Assembly (NCBI RefSeq): GCF_046119375.1 | Contig: NW_027362772.1 | Coordinates: forward strand, 206,336,001-206,400,000 | Origin: Phyllobates terribilis | Lineage: Eukaryota | Direction of reading: 5' to 3' | DNA: 64,000 bases | Part shown: positions 60,213-64,000 of the stretch, piece by piece | Layout: the number at the start of each line of letters is the position of its first letter | How positions within the stretch are numbered: position 1 is the stretch's first letter | Made by a program: the position numbers and the translations under genes | The notes under the pieces: generated by a model | What the model was told of the DNA's origin: nothing | Databases searched by the model: none | What the model saw: only the letters and a program-made list of their open reading frames with translations

Positions 60213-63200
60213 AAAACGGCAGGGCCCATATGACTGGCGTAGTCGGTATGTGGGAGGCCGCCCGTACCTCAACATTATGCTAGAAGGAATCCCCACATCG
60301 GCCCTATAGGACACTGGGTCACAAGTCACCACCATCCCACATATCCTTTACAAGCAATTTTGGTCTGATGCTGATCTTAGCCCCCCAGACTCTAGTCTTG
60401 TCATTTTAGCAGCTAATGGTCAAGCACTGAATCAGGTGGGGTTTAGAGAAGTGACAATAAAGCTGGGGAGGGTGGAGTTGAGAGGCCAAGGGTTATGTGT
60501 GGTAGAAGATGACCCCAATAACAAATGTCCTTACATGGTGCTTGGTACTAATGTGATTGAAAACTGCCTTGAAGAAGTGATGTTTTTACTCTAACAGATT
60601 ACAGAGACTGCTGGCATTGGGCGGAGGAGAGTCCTTCAAAGAGAAATCCGTGCCTTAATTCACAAGCAACAGGTAAATCTGTCTGGGGGGGAGATTGGCA
60701 GTGCGCGGGTAACAGACCCGTTTCCCATTGTATTACCACCAAACAGTGAAATGATGATATGGTGTCGAGCAGCTATGGGTATCAGAAGAAAGGAATACCA
60801 GGCAATTGTAGAACCGATATATTCAGAGCATAGACCTACACTGCTGACAGCTAGAGGGGTGGTGGATGTACGCAGGGGAAGAGTACCAATCCGTGTGTTG
60901 AATTGTGGTGAGGAAGAAGTGAAACTACCCCGGTATGCTACTGTAGCAAAGCTGTACACTGTCAGTAATAACAACATACAGACACTAGAGCCCTTGCCCC
61001 CGTCAAGTCAGGCGGAGGACAACAACCCCAAGGGAAAGCTGGAGGAGTGGTGTCAGCAGTTGCACATAGGGACTGATGCCACTCCTGACCACCAGAAGCA
61101 AGGAGTTTACCGGGTGGTACAAGAGTTTAGCCAAGTATTCAGTAAGCATCCATTAGATTTTGGGAGGATAAAAGGGGTACACCATCACATATCCACAGGA
61201 GATCATCCCCCGATTAAAGTGAGACATTGACCCATCCCACCAAACCACTACCAGTGTGCTAAAGAGATGCTGCAGGACATGAAGGAGGCCGGGGTTATAA
61301 GAGATAGCTGTAGTCCCTGGGCGTCCCCCTTAGTCTTAGTCAGAAAAAAAGATGGCACTATAAGGATGTGTGTGGATTACAGGGAGGTCAATAAGATCAC
61401 TCACAAAGATGCTTACCCTTTACCCCGGATAGAGGAGTCTCTTGCTGCATTAAAGACTGCTAAGTATTTCTCCACATTAGATCTCACTAGTGGGTATTGG
61501 CAGGTCTCCGTTGCAGAAGAAGACCGGAAGAAAACAGCATTCACAACACCAATGGGACTATGCGAATTCAATAGCATGCCATTTGGGTTATGCAATGCAC
61601 CGGGGACGTTTCAGAGACTCATGGAGTGCTGCCTGGGACACCGGAATTTTGAGACGGTACTTTTATACCTGGATGACGTCATAGTGTATTCCAAAACCTA
61701 TGAAGAACATCTGGAACACCGGGTGGAGGTATTTACAGCTCTAACAAAGTATGGAATGAAGCTGAAACCATCTAAATGTTACCTGCTGAAGCCAAAAGTC
61801 CAATACCTAGGGCATGTGGTCAGCGCGGATGGCGTAGCACCAGATCCGGAAAAAGTGACAGCTATCCAGGACTGGCAGAGGCCGACCACCGTCAGAGAGG
61901 TACGTCAGTTCTTAGGTTTGGTTGGGTATTACAGAAGATTTATTAAGGGCTACACGAAGATGGCAGCTCCCCTACAAGATCTTCTGGTAGGCCAAGCTAA
62001 GAAGAGAAGGTCTTCAGAGCCACCGTTGGAATGGGGAAAGAAACAAGAAGACTCCTTCCAACAAATGAAACAGGCCCTGACCGGTGAGGAAATCTTGGCG
62101 TACCCAGATTATAACCTACCATTTGTCCTCTACACGGATGCAAGTAATGTAGGCCTGGGAGCAGTACTGTCCCAAATACCAGAAGGCAAGGAAAGGGTAA
62201 TTGCCTATGCCAGTAGAAGACTTCGACCTACCGAGAGGAACCCAGAAAATTACAGTTCCTTTAAGTTGGAGTTCCTGGCCTTGGTCTGGGCAGTCACGGA
62301 GAGGTTCAAGCATTACTTAGCAGCTTCAAAATTTACCATCTTTACGGACAACAATGCGCTAACACACTTGGATACTGCAAAGCTTGGTGCATTGGAGCAG
62401 CGCTGGATGGCCCGGCTATCGAACTACGACTTTACCATCAAGTACCGAACAGGCCATGGAAATGCAAACGCTGATGCCCTCTCCAGAAACCCTCAAGTAC
62501 ATTTGCAGGGGCTTGAAGAAGAAACAGATGACTTGGAGGAAATAGAACTTCCAGCTTTCTATAAAAGTAGAAAATGGAAAATGACAGACACCTATATCTA
62601 CCAGAACCGTCAGGATGTTGCACTAAACCCGCTGCCTCATTATGGATGGAAAGAAACCCAAGACAGCGATCCGGCAGTGAGCCTAGTGAAGAGGCTGGTA
62701 ATCCAACCGGATTCCAAAATTGAGAAGAATGCTCCCCCAGAGGCCCAATACCTGTGGAAAGAAAGAAGCAGGTTATTTATCTATAAAAACCAATTGTGCA
62801 GACGGTATATCAATCCAAGGACACATGAAATGGTATGGCAAGTTGTGGTTCAAAAAAAGAGACGTCCAAATGTTATTGGAAGCGTACCATAATGGAGCAG
62901 GACACTTTGGATGGAGAAAACTGGAAATACTGTTACGTGAGAGGTTTTATTGGATTGGCATGAGGTCTTCCATAGAAAAATGGAGTAAAAATTGTGGCCC
63001 ATGCTCATTAAGTAGAGGAGATCGTAACAACCAGAAAGCACCACTCCAGCCTATCATAACCAAACAGCCCTTGGAACTAGTAGCCTTGGATCATGTCAAA
63101 CTCACACCCAGTAGATCAGGCTATACTTATGCTCTTACCATGGTGGACCACTATTCCAGATTCCTAGTGGTAGCTCCTGTGAAGGATTTAACAGCTCATA

Positions 63201-64000
63201 CAGCAGCAAGAACCTTTCAAGCTTATTTCTGCAGGCCACATGGATATCCAGAACATCTATTGACAGATCAGGGTCCTGCCTTTGAAGCGGAAATATTTCA
63301 AGAGTTCTGTAGCTTGTATGGATGCAAGAAAATTCGTACCACGCCTTACCATCCCCAAACTAACGGAATGTGTGAAAAAATGAATCACGTGGTAATAGAA
63401 TTGCTGAAGACTCTACCCTTGGAAGACAGAAACAGATGGCCATAGAATTTACCAGATCTTATTGACATCTATAACAACATCCCAGTAAGCTCAACTAATT
63501 GTACCCCGGCATACTTGATGAGAGCGAGACCAGGAAAATTGCCAGTGGACTTTGAAATGAGCATTGTAGTTCCTGAAGAAGACCACTCAAGTGCAGATTG
63601 GGATACTAGAAGAACAGAACAATACAAGAAAATACAGGAGTGTGTTGAGAAAAATCTAGCAAAATCCAGAGAAAGACAAGAAACCAATTTTAATAGAAAC
63701 GCACAAGGAATCCCGTTAACCCCCGGAGAATTGGTTTTGAAAAGGAAAAAGAGACTTCATAAGCTAGATAATCAATGGGAAGAAGAACCATACACTGTAT
63801 TACCATCCAATTTTGACAACCAGAAAACCTGTCTAATCAGCAAGGATAACGGAAAAACAACAGCAACAGTGTCCCGAGACCACTTAAAGAAGTGTCCTCA
63901 ACCCTTACAACAAAAAGAATATATCCCTTGTCCCATACCAGAAGAAGAGACGCCAAGGACAATTAAGACAATCTTAGGAGAGTTACCCGCAGATTGGCCC
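60169..64000 (+). pseudogene. pol: Gypsy pol (PR, RT, RNase H, integrase) with stops and a frameshift
   Basis: AL*DTGSQVTTIP; WASPLVLVRKKDG, YPLPRIEE, YLDDVIVYS; YTDAS, ENYSSFKLEFLAL; HNGAGH..CGPC, ALDHV, LTDQGPAFE, YHPQTNGMCEKMN. Stops at 60307, 61228 and 63443. Confidence 0.93.

Larger units (their letters stand above)
58008..64000 (+). mobile_element. Ty3/Gypsy LTR retrotransposon (tRNA-Ser primed, non-chromoviral), decayed; 3' end beyond the window
   Basis: 5' LTR, PBS, gag and PR-RT-RH-IN order; inserted into the gag of the minus-strand Gypsy. The left boundary is inferred from TGTGGCACCCC and the loss of host-element coding. Confidence 0.9.

Noticed and set aside
60235-60246. 12-nt match to the tRNA-Ser(AGA) PBS inside Gypsy pol
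   Set aside because: It encodes WRSR in the pre-protease linker; a single post-hoc match with no supporting context.

Overview
Repeat-dominated vertebrate genomic DNA; the TE landscape resembles that of a frog (inference). The only well-supported host-gene piece is a minus-strand signal-peptide first coding exon at 3218-3263. The rest is nested transposons: Tc1 and DD37E/TRT elements, a 15.6-kb composite hAT element, TTAA-flanked and PIF/Harbinger-like MITEs, and two degraded Ty3/Gypsy elements. The composite hAT contains a ~111-bp internal satellite, a split transposase, duplicated cargo and an 18S rRNA-derived fragment. The main discovery is a family of non-autonomous LTR retroelements: two full-structure copies (4351-9326, 40809-44994) and a solo LTR present twice. 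They have tRNA-Ser PBS, PPT and 4-bp TSDs but no recognisable gag/pol. Instead they encode one ~590-aa protein ending in a cold-shock (Y-box-like) domain. The ORF shows strong synonymous bias between subfamilies and is followed by an array of stem-loops with compensatory changes. The elements share cis-signals with the tRNA-Ser-primed Gypsy at 58008-64000, whose lineage is a plausible helper. All alignments and counts were done by eye; tRNA and rRNA matches are from remembered reference sequences and need database confirmation.
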